Shown piece by piece: positions 10,994 to 19,783 of a stretch of DNA of 64,000 bases. The first letter of the stretch is position 1. The number at the start of each line of letters is the position of its first letter. The notes under the pieces were generated by a model, which was given only the letters and a program-made list of their open reading frames with translations, did not search any database and was not told the DNA's origin. Both the position numbers and the translations under genes were made by a program. Location of the stretch: positions 61,993 to 125,992 of the forward strand of contig JAXMNT010000020.1 of the NCBI GenBank assembly GCA_034670305.1, in the 5' to 3' direction. The DNA comes from Deltaproteobacteria bacterium. Its GTDB lineage: Bacteria; Myxococcota_A; Polyangia; Polyangiales; Houyiibacteriaceae.

Positions 10994-11035
10994 TTGACCT
11001 GTTCGATTCAACACTTCATCATTCATTCAAGTGAT
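10994..11035 (+). promoter_or_regulatory. promoter with SmtB/ArsR-type operator
   Basis: TTGACC at 10994; AT-rich imperfect inverted repeat CACTTCA-N8-TCAAGTG at 11012-11033 upstream of the ArsR gene. Confidence 0.6.
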
Positions 11036-11057
11036 GGAGGATGTGAGACGAGGCCCC

Positions 11058-11423
11058 ATGCTGATCGATGTCGAGTCCGCCGACCCTCTGGAAGACGAGG
11101 CGTGCGAACACGAACACGAAGGCGTCGATCACGAATCGATCGACCCGGATGTTCTGGAACGCGCCGCCGCGATCTTTCACGCAGCGGGTGATCCCGGTCG
11201 CCTTCGCATCCTTCACTGCTTGCTCTGCGAAGAGCACTGCGTAAGCGACCTGGCCGCCGAAATGGGCGACGCCATGTCGACGATCTCGCAGCGCCTGAAG
11301 GTGCTGCGCTCGCAGCGCCTCGTCACCCGTCGCCGGGACGGAAAACACATCTACTACGGACTCGCCGACGACCACGTCGCCGAACTCGTCCGCAGTGCCA
11401 TCGAACACGCCAGTCACCACTGA
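11058..11423 (+). CDS. SmtB/ArsR metalloregulator
   Basis: GDPGRLRIL, STISQRLKVLR, RRDGKHIYY; alpha5-type site DDH-x10-HASH. Confidence 0.92.
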   Translation: MLIDVESADPLEDEACEHEHEGVDHESIDPDVLERAAAIFHAAGDPGRLRILHCLLCEEHCVSDLAAEMGDAMSTISQRLKVLRSQRLVTRRRDGKHIYYGLADDHVAELVRSAIEHASHH

Positions 11424-11442
11424 CCCACCAAGGAGCCCGCTC

Positions 11443-11781
11443 ATGCACGACCACGAAGACCACGACCACGAACACGGCGAAGGCTGTGGACACACCCAGG
11501 TCAAACACGGGGACCACGTCGACTTCGTGCACGACGGACATCTGCACCACGCCAAGGCGGACGGTGCGATCGAAGAGCACGCGCTCGAGGTGACCGAAGA
11601 CAACCCAGCGGGCTGCAAGCCCCACTCGTGTGCCTCGCACGAAGGCGACCACGAACACGGTGTCGACTGCGGACACGAAGCGGTCCCGCACGGCGACCAC
11701 ACCTGCTACATCGTGGATGGCCACCTGCACCACCCGCACGGCGATCACTGCGACGACCACGGCCCCGTCGAAGTCGTCTAG
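11443..11781 (+). CDS. His/Cys-rich putative metal-sequestering protein
   Basis: AGGAG RBS; 26 His and 6 Cys in 112 aa; duplicated CGH..V.HGDH....DGHLHH module. Confidence 0.85.
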   Translation: MHDHEDHDHEHGEGCGHTQVKHGDHVDFVHDGHLHHAKADGAIEEHALEVTEDNPAGCKPHSCASHEGDHEHGVDCGHEAVPHGDHTCYIVDGHLHHPHGDHCDDHGPVEVV

Positions 11782-11820
11782 CAGCCGCCAACAAACGCGG
11801 GGGCGCATGCAGCTCCCACC

Positions 11821-12864
11821 ATGATCAAGTACCTCGGTTCCAAGCGCCGTCTGCTCCCTCAGCTGACGGCGCTTTTTGGCGCGTTGCCCGACGCGCACCA
11901 TGTGCTGGATCTGTTCAGTGGCACCGCCCGGGTGGGACGCGCGCTCAAAGCAGCCGGCCACCAGGTCACCTCCTGCGACGAGCTCACCTTCGCCGCGACC
12001 CTGGCGCGCTGCTACGTGCAGGCGGATCCCGCCAAGGTGACACCTCGGGTGAAGCGCGCGCTGAAGGAGCTCGCCGCCCTGCCTCCGAAGCCCGGCTACT
12101 TCACGAAGACCTTCTGTGAAGACGCGCGCTTCTTCCAGCCGAAGAACGGCGCCCGCATCGACGCGATGCGTGACGGGCTCGACGACCTCGATCTGGACGA
12201 AGACACCCGCGCGGTCGTGATGGTCGCGCTGATGGAAGCCGCCGACCGGGTCGACAGCACCACCGGCGTGCACATGGCCTACCTGAAACAGTGGGCGCGG
12301 CGCGCGCACAACGATCTCGAACTCCGCATGCCGGAACTCGTGCCCGGCACCGGCCGCGCCCACCTCGAGAGCGCCGCGACGGTGGCGCGCACCACTCCGG
12401 CCGACGCCGCGTACCTCGACCCGCCGTACAACCAGCACAGCTACCTCGGCAACTACCACGTGTGGGAGACGCTCGTGCGCTGGGACGCGCCGGAAGCCTA
12501 CGGCGTCGCGCAGAAGCGCATCGATCGCAAGACCCGCAAGTGCGCCTTCAACTCCAAGCGCGCGATCGAAGGCGCGCTGAAAGAAGTGCTCGACGCGCTC
12601 GACGTTCGGCACGTCGTGGTGTCGTTCAACGACGAGGGCTACCTCTCGCGCGACCAGCTGATCGAGATGCTCTCCCCCCGCGGGCACGTGGAAGTCGTCG
12701 CGATCGACCACGCCCGCTACGTCGGCGCGAAGATCGGGATCCACGATCCGAGCGGACAGAAGGTCGGCAAGGTCAGCCACACCCGCAACCAAGAGCTGCT
12801 CTTCATCGCCACGGGGCGCCCGGCCGACGCCCAAGCCGCCGCCGCCGCCTGCACCCGCGCCTGA
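11821..12864 (+). CDS. DNA adenine methyltransferase (D12-class-like), orphan
   Basis: KYLGSK, DLFSGT, YLDPPY motifs. Confidence 0.88.
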   Translation: MIKYLGSKRRLLPQLTALFGALPDAHHVLDLFSGTARVGRALKAAGHQVTSCDELTFAATLARCYVQADPAKVTPRVKRALKELAALPPKPGYFTKTFCEDARFFQPKNGARIDAMRDGLDDLDLDEDTRAVVMVALMEAADRVDSTTGVHMAYLKQWARRAHNDLELRMPELVPGTGRAHLESAATVARTTPADAAYLDPPYNQHSYLGNYHVWETLVRWDAPEAYGVAQKRIDRKTRKCAFNSKRAIEGALKEVLDALDVRHVVVSFNDEGYLSRDQLIEMLSPRGHVEVVAIDHARYVGAKIGIHDPSGQKVGKVSHTRNQELLFIATGRPADAQAAAAACTRA

Positions 12865-12971
12865 CCCAACCAGGCAGGGACAAAACGTCCGCCGTTCCGG
12901 ACCATTCGCGCATTCGTTCGAGGAGGTTGGATACCAAGGGCGCCGGCCCTTTTCGGCACTACGATGCACGC

Positions 12972-13937
12972 ATGGCTGTCTCTCGTACTGTGGTTCGAGC
13001 GCTCCTGAACGCGGCCGAGGCCGCCGGTCACCCCATCGAGTTCGAGGTCCAAGACAACACCTCCGAAGCCGAGGAACTCGACCTCTGGACCCGGCTGCTG
13101 GCGGTCATCCCCGACCTGGGATTCCAGGCGGCGACGACGTGGACCAAGGGACAGTTCCGGGTGCTCGAGTATCTGATGCGGACCGCGCCGACCATGCAGG
13201 ACAGCCTGGACGAACTCGTCCGATTCAACCGCGTGCTCCATGGCACCGCGATCTTCGACGGTGGGTTCGACGCGGACACGAAGCGGTACACCGTCCGCTT
13301 TCTCACCCCGCATCCGGACCACGCGTCGGTCGCAGCCGCGGGGGCCGAGTTTGCCCTCCTCTCGCTCTTCCGTTTCGGGTGCGACGCCACCGGTGCCGAC
13401 CTCGAGATCGCGGAGCTGCTCTTTCGGCATCCCCCGCCCGCACACGCGGACGCGCTCGAGCGCGCATTCCGTCGACAGCCGGTGTTCGATGCCGAGACCG
13501 ACGCGATCTCGTTCGGCCCGCCTGCGCTCGAGCGCGCGTTGGAGCAGCGGGACCCGGTGCTGCACGAGATCCTCGAAGAGGTTCTGCAGTCCGAGCTTCA
13601 CTCGCAACCACGGACGGACTTGCTGCGCCTCGTGCGGACCCACACCGCCGCGCTGCTTCGACACGCCGAGCCGAAGCTTGCCGACGTGGCCAAGGTGATC
13701 GGTCTGAGTCGACGCACCCTTCAGTCGCGCCTCGAGGGGGAGGGCACGACGTTCCGCGCCGAGCTCGAGAGCCTGCGCGAGTCCCTCGCGCGCGGGTACC
13801 TGCGGACCTCAGACCTGGACGTCGCCGAGATCGCGGCGCTGCTGTCCTATTCGGAGGAGTCTTCGTTCCGCAGAGCGTTCAAGCGTTGGACGGGTCGGAC
13901 CCCGACTCAGTATCGGAAACAGGTTCGCAAGCCGTGA
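12972..13937 (+). CDS. AraC-family regulator
   Basis: LSRRTLQSRL, EIAALLSYSEESSFRRAFKRWTGRTP. Confidence 0.92.
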   Translation: MAVSRTVVRALLNAAEAAGHPIEFEVQDNTSEAEELDLWTRLLAVIPDLGFQAATTWTKGQFRVLEYLMRTAPTMQDSLDELVRFNRVLHGTAIFDGGFDADTKRYTVRFLTPHPDHASVAAAGAEFALLSLFRFGCDATGADLEIAELLFRHPPPAHADALERAFRRQPVFDAETDAISFGPPALERALEQRDPVLHEILEEVLQSELHSQPRTDLLRLVRTHTAALLRHAEPKLADVAKVIGLSRRTLQSRLEGEGTTFRAELESLRESLARGYLRTSDLDVAEIAALLSYSEESSFRRAFKRWTGRTPTQYRKQVRKP

Positions 13938-14493
13938 GCTCTTCGAGCGCTTCAAGTTGCGAGCGACTGTTCTGAATCAGACCGAGCGCGGTCTCGAGCA
14001 GGTCCCGTGCTTCTTGCTCGTGGCCGTCTTCGATCTCCCGATGTGCGAGGCCGATCAACTCTCGGATGTGGGCGAGGCGGGCCGACCGGTCTGGCAGCGA
14101 AGCGCGGTGGACGGAGAGCTCCCGCTCCAGCTCGCGGACGACGACGCGTTCGCGGATGGATTCGGTGAGATCGTCGATGACCACGTAGAGACCGCCGTCT
14201 CCGACGAGGGTCGTCATGCGGAGCTTTCGTGGCACCGAGCTGTTCGTGGTCCACACCCGAACGTCCCGGTTCGGTCCCACGAGCGCGTCGCGAATCGGAA
14301 TCGAACCCTTCTGGAGGGCTTGCGAGAGCACATCCACCAGACACGAACCGTCCACGGCCGCCACGGGCAGACCGAGCAGTTCGAGCGCCCGCTCGCCTGC
14401 CCCGAGCACACGCAGGTCGGCGTCGGTGCGGATCACCCCCACCCGCAAATGGGCGACCAAACGCTCGACCTCCAAGACCCGCATCGAGCGCAT
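13879..14493 (-). CDS. hypothetical protein, possible PAS-like domain
   Basis: GVIRTDADLRVL...ALELLG resembles a PAS start; overlaps the AraC 3' end; start uncertain. Confidence 0.5.
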   Translation of the reverse strand: MRSMRVLEVERLVAHLRVGVIRTDADLRVLGAGERALELLGLPVAAVDGSCLVDVLSQALQKGSIPIRDALVGPNRDVRVWTTNSSVPRKLRMTTLVGDGGLYVVIDDLTESIRERVVVRELERELSVHRASLPDRSARLAHIRELIGLAHREIEDGHEQEARDLLETALGLIQNSRSQLEALEELTACEPVSDTESGSDPSNA

Positions 14494-14559
14494 GCTCGCG
14501 GAACCCATTCGAATGCGTCGAGGACCGAGAGCGCGAAAGTTCGAACCGAACACGCAAGC

Positions 14560-14680
14560 GGGCAAGGGCAGAGGGGCAGAGGGCAGGGGCAGGGGGCAGA
14601 GGGCAGAGGGCAGAGGGAAAGAGGGCAAGGGCAGGGGCAAGGGCAAGGGCAAGGGAGCAGGCCGCTTCGCGGCCTGCTAG
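14560..14680 (+). repeat. G-tract array plus hairpin ending in CCTGCTAG
   Basis: 15 GGG tracts (GGGCAA/GGGCAGA units), then perfect stem AGCAGGCCGC-TTC-GCGGCCTGCT. Confidence 0.85.
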
Positions 14681-15741
14681 AGCCAGCGGCGGCGGCGGAA
14701 GTACAGGAGCATGCCGGCGGCGACGACGATCATGACGCCCCAGAAGATGAAGTAGCTGTACTCGTACTTCAGCTCTGGGAGGTTCTCGAAGTTGGTGCCG
14801 TAGATGCCCGCCAGAAACGTCAGCGGAATGAAGACCGCCGAGAAGATCGTGAGCAGCTTCATGATGTCGTTCATGCGGTTGCTGACCACCGTGTTGTAGG
14901 TCGCGAGCGCGTCCGACAGCATCTCCCGGTACAGCTCGATCGCGTCGGTCGCCTGGGTCGTGTTGTCGAGCAGCTCCTTCATGAACGGGACCGTTTCTGC
15001 CCGGACGATGGAGACGTCCAGCTTCGAGAGCTGGGCGATGGCTTCTTTCGCGGGGCGGACCTGTTTGCGAAAGAAGGTCATCTCGCGCTTGAGCCGCGTG
15101 ATCTTCGACAGGATCTGCGGGGTGGGATCGCCCAGCACGTCGAGTTCGACGTCCTCGGCGTGACCACCCAGACGTTCGACGATCTCGATGTAGTTGTCGA
15201 CCACGGCATCGAGCAGGGCGAACGCGAGGTAGTCGACGCCGCTCATGCGGATGCGCCCTTGGCTGTTGCGGATGCGGTTGCGCACCGACTCGAACACATC
15301 GCCCGGCTGCTCCTGAAACGTGAGCACGAAGGTGCTGCCGAGCACCATGCTGAGCTGCTCGGCGATGACCAGCTTCTTCTTCTTGTCGTAGCGAAGCATC
15401 TTCACGACGAGGAACACGACGTCGTCGTAGAGCTCGAGCTTCGGACGCTGTCCGGTGTTGAGCACGTCCTCGAGCAAGAGCGGGTGCAGGTTGAGCGCGT
15501 CGCCGATCGCCCGAATGCTCGCGGTGTCGTGCAGCCCGTTGATGTTCACCCAGGAGACGGTCTTGGAGTCGACGGCGTCGCGCGCCTCGGCGAGCTCGGA
15601 CAGCTCCTGTTCGGTGAGCTGTTCGGCGTCGTAGTCGAACAGGTGGACCCCGATCTCCTCGACCTTCTTCTCACCGATGAACACCAGCTGCCCTGGGGCC
15701 AGCCCCTTGCTCTCCCCGCGCTTCTTGAAAAACCTCGCCAT
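14677..15741 (-). CDS. corA: Mg/Co transporter CorA
   Basis: LHPLLLEDVLNTGQRPK, MNDIMKLLT, PLTFLAGIYGTNF (GTN variant of GMN), LPEL. Confidence 0.93.
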   Translation of the reverse strand: MARFFKKRGESKGLAPGQLVFIGEKKVEEIGVHLFDYDAEQLTEQELSELAEARDAVDSKTVSWVNINGLHDTASIRAIGDALNLHPLLLEDVLNTGQRPKLELYDDVVFLVVKMLRYDKKKKLVIAEQLSMVLGSTFVLTFQEQPGDVFESVRNRIRNSQGRIRMSGVDYLAFALLDAVVDNYIEIVERLGGHAEDVELDVLGDPTPQILSKITRLKREMTFFRKQVRPAKEAIAQLSKLDVSIVRAETVPFMKELLDNTTQATDAIELYREMLSDALATYNTVVSNRMNDIMKLLTIFSAVFIPLTFLAGIYGTNFENLPELKYEYSYFIFWGVMIVVAAGMLLYFRRRRWL

Positions 15742-15776
15742 CGCTGCTCCTTGGTCGCCCGCTAGGAATATGACAG

Positions 15777-15808
15777 TCACCGGACGGGGTTTGGGGCGGT
15801 GCCCCAAG
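15777..15808 (-). repeat. REP-like motif
   Basis: minus strand CTTGGGGCACCGCCCCAAACCCCGTCCGGTGA, close to the motif at 62235-62265. Confidence 0.6.
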
Positions 15809-15922
15809 AGACAACGGACGGTACGTGGAAAGCCGGCCCACCGCGACCGGCCTCGATCGGTGCGGTTCGGCGGTTCGCCCGCTGGTTGCGTCCCGACCCG
15901 TTTCGTCGCAGAAATCGGCATC

Positions 15923-16360
15923 ATGAGCCTGAGCCAAGCACTCACCGACGAAGCCAAGAAGCCCACCATCATCGCCGACTGCCTGCAGTTGATCGACGAC
16001 GAGGTGAAGGACAAGCGGGGCCTGAGCGGCGCCGCGATCAAGGCCGGCTACAAAGCCGTCAAAGGCATCAAGCCTGGCTTCATCCAGAACGTCGTCGAAG
16101 GGCTCCTGCCGGAGTTCGCGGAGGGTCTGGATCCGATCCACGCGGAAGCCGTCGCGAAGGGCCAGGACGTGACGTCCTACTTCGACGCGCACAGCGACCG
16201 CGTCGCGGATGCCCTCTTGAACATCACCGACGCCAAAGCCGCCAAGTCCACAAACGGTCTCGTGAAAGGCACCTACAAGCGCCTGCGCGGCAGCGCCAAG
16301 AAGAACGTGGAAGCGGCCGTGCCGCGACTCGCGAAGCTGATCCAGACCCACGCGGGCTGA
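15923..16360 (+). CDS. conserved hypothetical protein (DUF6918-like)
   Basis: LIDDEV.DK.GLSG.AIKAGYKAVKGIKPG pattern; strong codon bias. Confidence 0.75.
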   Translation: MSLSQALTDEAKKPTIIADCLQLIDDEVKDKRGLSGAAIKAGYKAVKGIKPGFIQNVVEGLLPEFAEGLDPIHAEAVAKGQDVTSYFDAHSDRVADALLNITDAKAAKSTNGLVKGTYKRLRGSAKKNVEAAVPRLAKLIQTHAG

Positions 16361-16410
16361 TTGCGCGGAAGGTGCGGGCGCTCCGCCGAGCCATCGGTCA
16401 ACCTGTGCCT

Positions 16411-16890
16411 GTGAACCGGGCCGTGAGGACAGGGAGGGTGCTGCTGGCGAGTGGCCTGATGGCGTGCGCGGCGACGCTCCCCACCGAAGCGCAGCCAACC
16501 CAGCCGGCGACCTCCGTGGTCGTGCGCGGGACGACGATTCGCACCCAGCCGATCACATTCACGTTCGGCGACCGGTCCGACGGGCAAGAGAACCGCGTGT
16601 GGCTCCGCGTCGAGACGCAGAGACCAGTCCAACTCGAGTTGTTGCGCGTGGAATCGATGCGTGACGGGCGACGGGTGCGACACGCCATCCAGCGGTGGCA
16701 AGTCGACCGCGGCCCTTGGCAGACCGGAGCCGCATCGGTGTCTGGAAACACCCAGATCGGCATCGAGCTCCGGACCCTGCTCGGGGTGGCGGATTCGGAC
16801 ATCCGGTTGGTTCTGAAAGTCGGTCGGCGGCGGGTGCGCGTCGGGTTCGAGGCCTCCTCCGCGCATGTGCACATGGAGTACGTCCAATGA
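16411..16890 (+). CDS. hypothetical exported protein
   Basis: signal-like N-terminus; fills the gap between co-oriented genes; start uncertain. Confidence 0.5.
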   Translation: MNRAVRTGRVLLASGLMACAATLPTEAQPTQPATSVVVRGTTIRTQPITFTFGDRSDGQENRVWLRVETQRPVQLELLRVESMRDGRRVRHAIQRWQVDRGPWQTGAASVSGNTQIGIELRTLLGVADSDIRLVLKVGRRRVRVGFEASSAHVHMEYVQ

Positions 16891-16960
16891 ACGGTGTGAA
16901 CTCCGAGCCGGTCCGCAAGAGGATTGGATTCGCCGGCAGCCCGCAGGTACCCTGACGCCG

Positions 16961-17824
16961 TTGCTTCGACTTCTCCTGGTTGCCTCTTGCTTCGCCTTCG
17001 CGGCGCAGACCTCGGTCGCGTCGGCGTGGTGCCAGGCGCGCGATCGGGTCAGCGGGGTCGGAGGCTGCGTACAGCCCTGCATCGACGAAGGGCTGGCGCT
17101 TCATTGGACCAGGCCCTGCATCGACTACACGGTGCACGAGGACGGTTCCCGGGATCTGGACGACGTGCTCCTCTTTGGGGTTCTCGACCGAAGCTTCGAG
17201 TCCTGGACCTCGATCGATTGCGGTGGACGGCGACTCGGGTTCGAGGTGCGTCGCCGCGGCGAGCGCACCCGGTGGGAAGGGCCCGCGTACGTGAGCGGCG
17301 AAGGCAACACCAACCAGTTCGAGTTCGTGGACGAGGAGTGGAGTGAACGCGGACACAGCGCTGGCGCCTTCGCGCTGACCACGACGTGGTTCAGCCTGAG
17401 CGACGGAACCATTCTCGACGCCGACATGGAGATCAACGAGCAGCACTGGGGCTGGGCGGTGTGCCCGGACGCCGGCTGCACGGATGGCAACGTCGACCTC
17501 GAGAACACCATCACGCACGAGCTCGGTCACTTCTTCGGGCTCGCCCACACGCCCGACGACGAAGACGCGACCATGTGGGCGTGCGCCGACGAAGGCGAGA
17601 CGCTCAAACGCACGCTCGAGACCGACGACGCGGAAGGCGTGTGCGCCATCTACCCGGAGGGTGCACTCGACGCGACGTGCAGCTTCGAGCCGCGCGGCGG
17701 CTTCGCACGTTTTCCTGGCGACGACGGATGTGGATGCCGCGCCCCCGGCACCGGCGGAACCACCGCACCGCTCGGCTTCGCGATCGCCCTGCTGGCGCTC
17801 GTGGTCCACCGCCGCCGACGCTGA
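16961..17824 (+). CDS. matrixin-like zinc metalloprotease with MYXO-CTERM-like tail
   Basis: HELGHFFGLAH, Met-turn ATM, terminal GCGC + TM helix + RRRR; start uncertain. Confidence 0.88.
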   Translation: MLRLLLVASCFAFAAQTSVASAWCQARDRVSGVGGCVQPCIDEGLALHWTRPCIDYTVHEDGSRDLDDVLLFGVLDRSFESWTSIDCGGRRLGFEVRRRGERTRWEGPAYVSGEGNTNQFEFVDEEWSERGHSAGAFALTTTWFSLSDGTILDADMEINEQHWGWAVCPDAGCTDGNVDLENTITHELGHFFGLAHTPDDEDATMWACADEGETLKRTLETDDAEGVCAIYPEGALDATCSFEPRGGFARFPGDDGCGCRAPGTGGTTAPLGFAIALLALVVHRRRR

Positions 17825-17833
17825 CCGTGGCGG

Positions 17834-18952
17834 CTACCCGAGTTCGATCACTCGCTCGACGAACCAGTACGCGGCGGGCACGCCGACGCCGTAGGCTGCG
17901 TACCGACGAACGTCCCCGGCGCGAGCGGTCCAAGCCTGGCCGAACAGCCGTTCCACACCGAGCGCGCCGACGACGAGCGCCGCGACGAAGGCGAGCTGGC
18001 CGACCTCGACGCCGAGGTTGAAGCCCAGCAGCGACGACGCGACCTCGCCCGGCGGCAACCCGACCTCCCGAAGCGCGCCGGCGAACCCGAGCCCGTGCAG
18101 AAGCCCGAATGCCAGCGCCATCCAGGCCGGCTTCTGCGAGAGCAGCGTGGTGCTTCCGGTCCGCGTCGCTTCGCGCGCGAGCAAGAGCACACTGAACGCG
18201 ATGCAGGCCTCCACCGGCGGCGCCGGAAGCGCTACATGCCCGAGCACCGAGAGCGCGAGGGTGGCGCTGTGGCCGATCGTGAAGGCGGTGATCGTCGAGA
18301 CCAGCGCGCGCTTGCGGACCAGCAGAAAGAGCCCGAAGACGAACAGCAGGTGGTCGAAGCCGCCCGCGATGTGTTCCGCGCCGAGCCTGCCGAACGCCAC
18401 GAGGCCACTCGGCCCTGCGCCGAACTCGAGCACCGGCTGAGACACGTCGAGCATCGCCACCGTCTCCCCGCCCGAGCGCGCCGCGCGTCCGCGGATCTGC
18501 AGGTCCGCCGGCAGCCCCAGCAGTGCGACCGAGTTCAGCTCGGTGCACTCGTAGGTCCAGGTGCGGTCGATGCCGGTGCTCGAGATGTGGGTCTGCACGG
18601 GACCGCGCGGCGTGCAGGTCGGCGGCATGCGGACCTCGATCGATCGGTCCCGAAGGCCCGCGCAGCGGAACTGCACCTCAACCGAAGCGAGGTCGGTCGC
18701 GTCGACGTCGAGCATGCCGAAGCCGACCGGGTGGGCCTGTACGGTCGACGGGGCGACCGCGCAGAGGCCGAGACACAAGAGCCCGAGGACGAGTCGCGAG
18801 GCGGCGGGGCGATGCGGCCACGAACGGGGTGGGGTCGGGGTCGGCTTTGGGATCGGGCTTCGGATTCGGATTCGGATTCGAACCACGGGCACGGGCACGG
18901 GCACGGGCAGCACGGGCACGGACACGCAGCGCCGACTGTCGCGACCGTTCAT
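17834..18952 (-). CDS. HupE/UreJ-family membrane protein
   Basis: EHIAGGFDHLLF, TAFTIGHSATL, FGLLHGLGFA, FNLGVEVGQ; ATGA overlap with the upstream gene. Confidence 0.9.
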   Translation of the reverse strand: MNGRDSRRCVSVPVLPVPVPVPVVRIRIRIRSPIPKPTPTPPRSWPHRPAASRLVLGLLCLGLCAVAPSTVQAHPVGFGMLDVDATDLASVEVQFRCAGLRDRSIEVRMPPTCTPRGPVQTHISSTGIDRTWTYECTELNSVALLGLPADLQIRGRAARSGGETVAMLDVSQPVLEFGAGPSGLVAFGRLGAEHIAGGFDHLLFVFGLFLLVRKRALVSTITAFTIGHSATLALSVLGHVALPAPPVEACIAFSVLLLAREATRTGSTTLLSQKPAWMALAFGLLHGLGFAGALREVGLPPGEVASSLLGFNLGVEVGQLAFVAALVVGALGVERLFGQAWTARAGDVRRYAAYGVGVPAAYWFVERVIELG

Positions 18953-19782
18953 GGCGTGCGCCGTACGTTCAGACGCTGCACGAGCGCGTCGGTCGCGTGT
19001 TCGAGGGCGGCGGCTCGGCGTTCGTCCGCCCACGCTTCAGCGACTTGGCGATGCACCTGCCCGAGTTCCGGGAGCGCGCCCTCGCGCCGTGCGCTCACCC
19101 GCACGAGGTGCTGCCCGAACGCGCTCTCCACCGGCCCGTGCCACCCGTCGAGGGGCGCGGTTCGGATCGCGGCGGCAAACCCCTCACCGAACTGGCGCGC
19201 GATCTCGGGCACCGAGCGGTCCGTGACGACGTACCCATGCAGGAACGGGTCGCCGTCTGCTTCGGCGCGCACGGTCTCCGGCGACAAGGTGGCGCGCACG
19301 GCTTCTGCGTCGGCGCGCGGATCGTCTCGCCGCTCGTCGCTGAAGAACACGTGGGTGAACGCCACACGCTCGCGGGTGCGAAAACGTTCCGGATGCGACT
19401 GCATGTAGTGCTGGAGCTGCGCGTCGGTCGGCGCGTCGACCGCAGCGCCGCTTCGGAGCAGGAACTCCATCTTCTGGATGAGCCGCCGGCGCACGATCAC
19501 ATCGTTTCGGTCGAGGCCGAGCGCGAGCGCTTGCCGGTAGAGCGCTTCGTCGCGCACGAACCGGCGCACCAGCGCCTCTTCGTCCTCCGGCGGCGAGCCG
19601 GTGCGCTGTTCGTGTTCGAGCGCGAGCCCGCGAATGAAGTCGGGCGAGATCTCGAGCGACGTGGTGTCGCCGGGTTCCGCCAGGTACCGGTGGGCCGCGA
19701 AGAGCAGCCCACCCACGAGGAGAAAATGAACGAGCGGCTCGCCCGCGAAGCGCCGAAGCCGCGACTTCGCGCGCTCCCCCAC
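18949..19782 (-). CDS. PpiC/parvulin-type peptidyl-prolyl isomerase family protein
   Basis: EPLVHFLLVG, ALGLDRNDVIVRRRL, GPVESAFGQHLV. Confidence 0.85.
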   Translation of the reverse strand: MGERAKSRLRRFAGEPLVHFLLVGGLLFAAHRYLAEPGDTTSLEISPDFIRGLALEHEQRTGSPPEDEEALVRRFVRDEALYRQALALGLDRNDVIVRRRLIQKMEFLLRSGAAVDAPTDAQLQHYMQSHPERFRTRERVAFTHVFFSDERRDDPRADAEAVRATLSPETVRAEADGDPFLHGYVVTDRSVPEIARQFGEGFAAAIRTAPLDGWHGPVESAFGQHLVRVSARREGALPELGQVHRQVAEAWADERRAAALEHATDALVQRLNVRRTP

Positions 19783-19783
19783 G

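Noticed and set aside
11821-12864. Complete restriction-modification system
   Set aside because: No adjacent endonuclease-like ORF recognised
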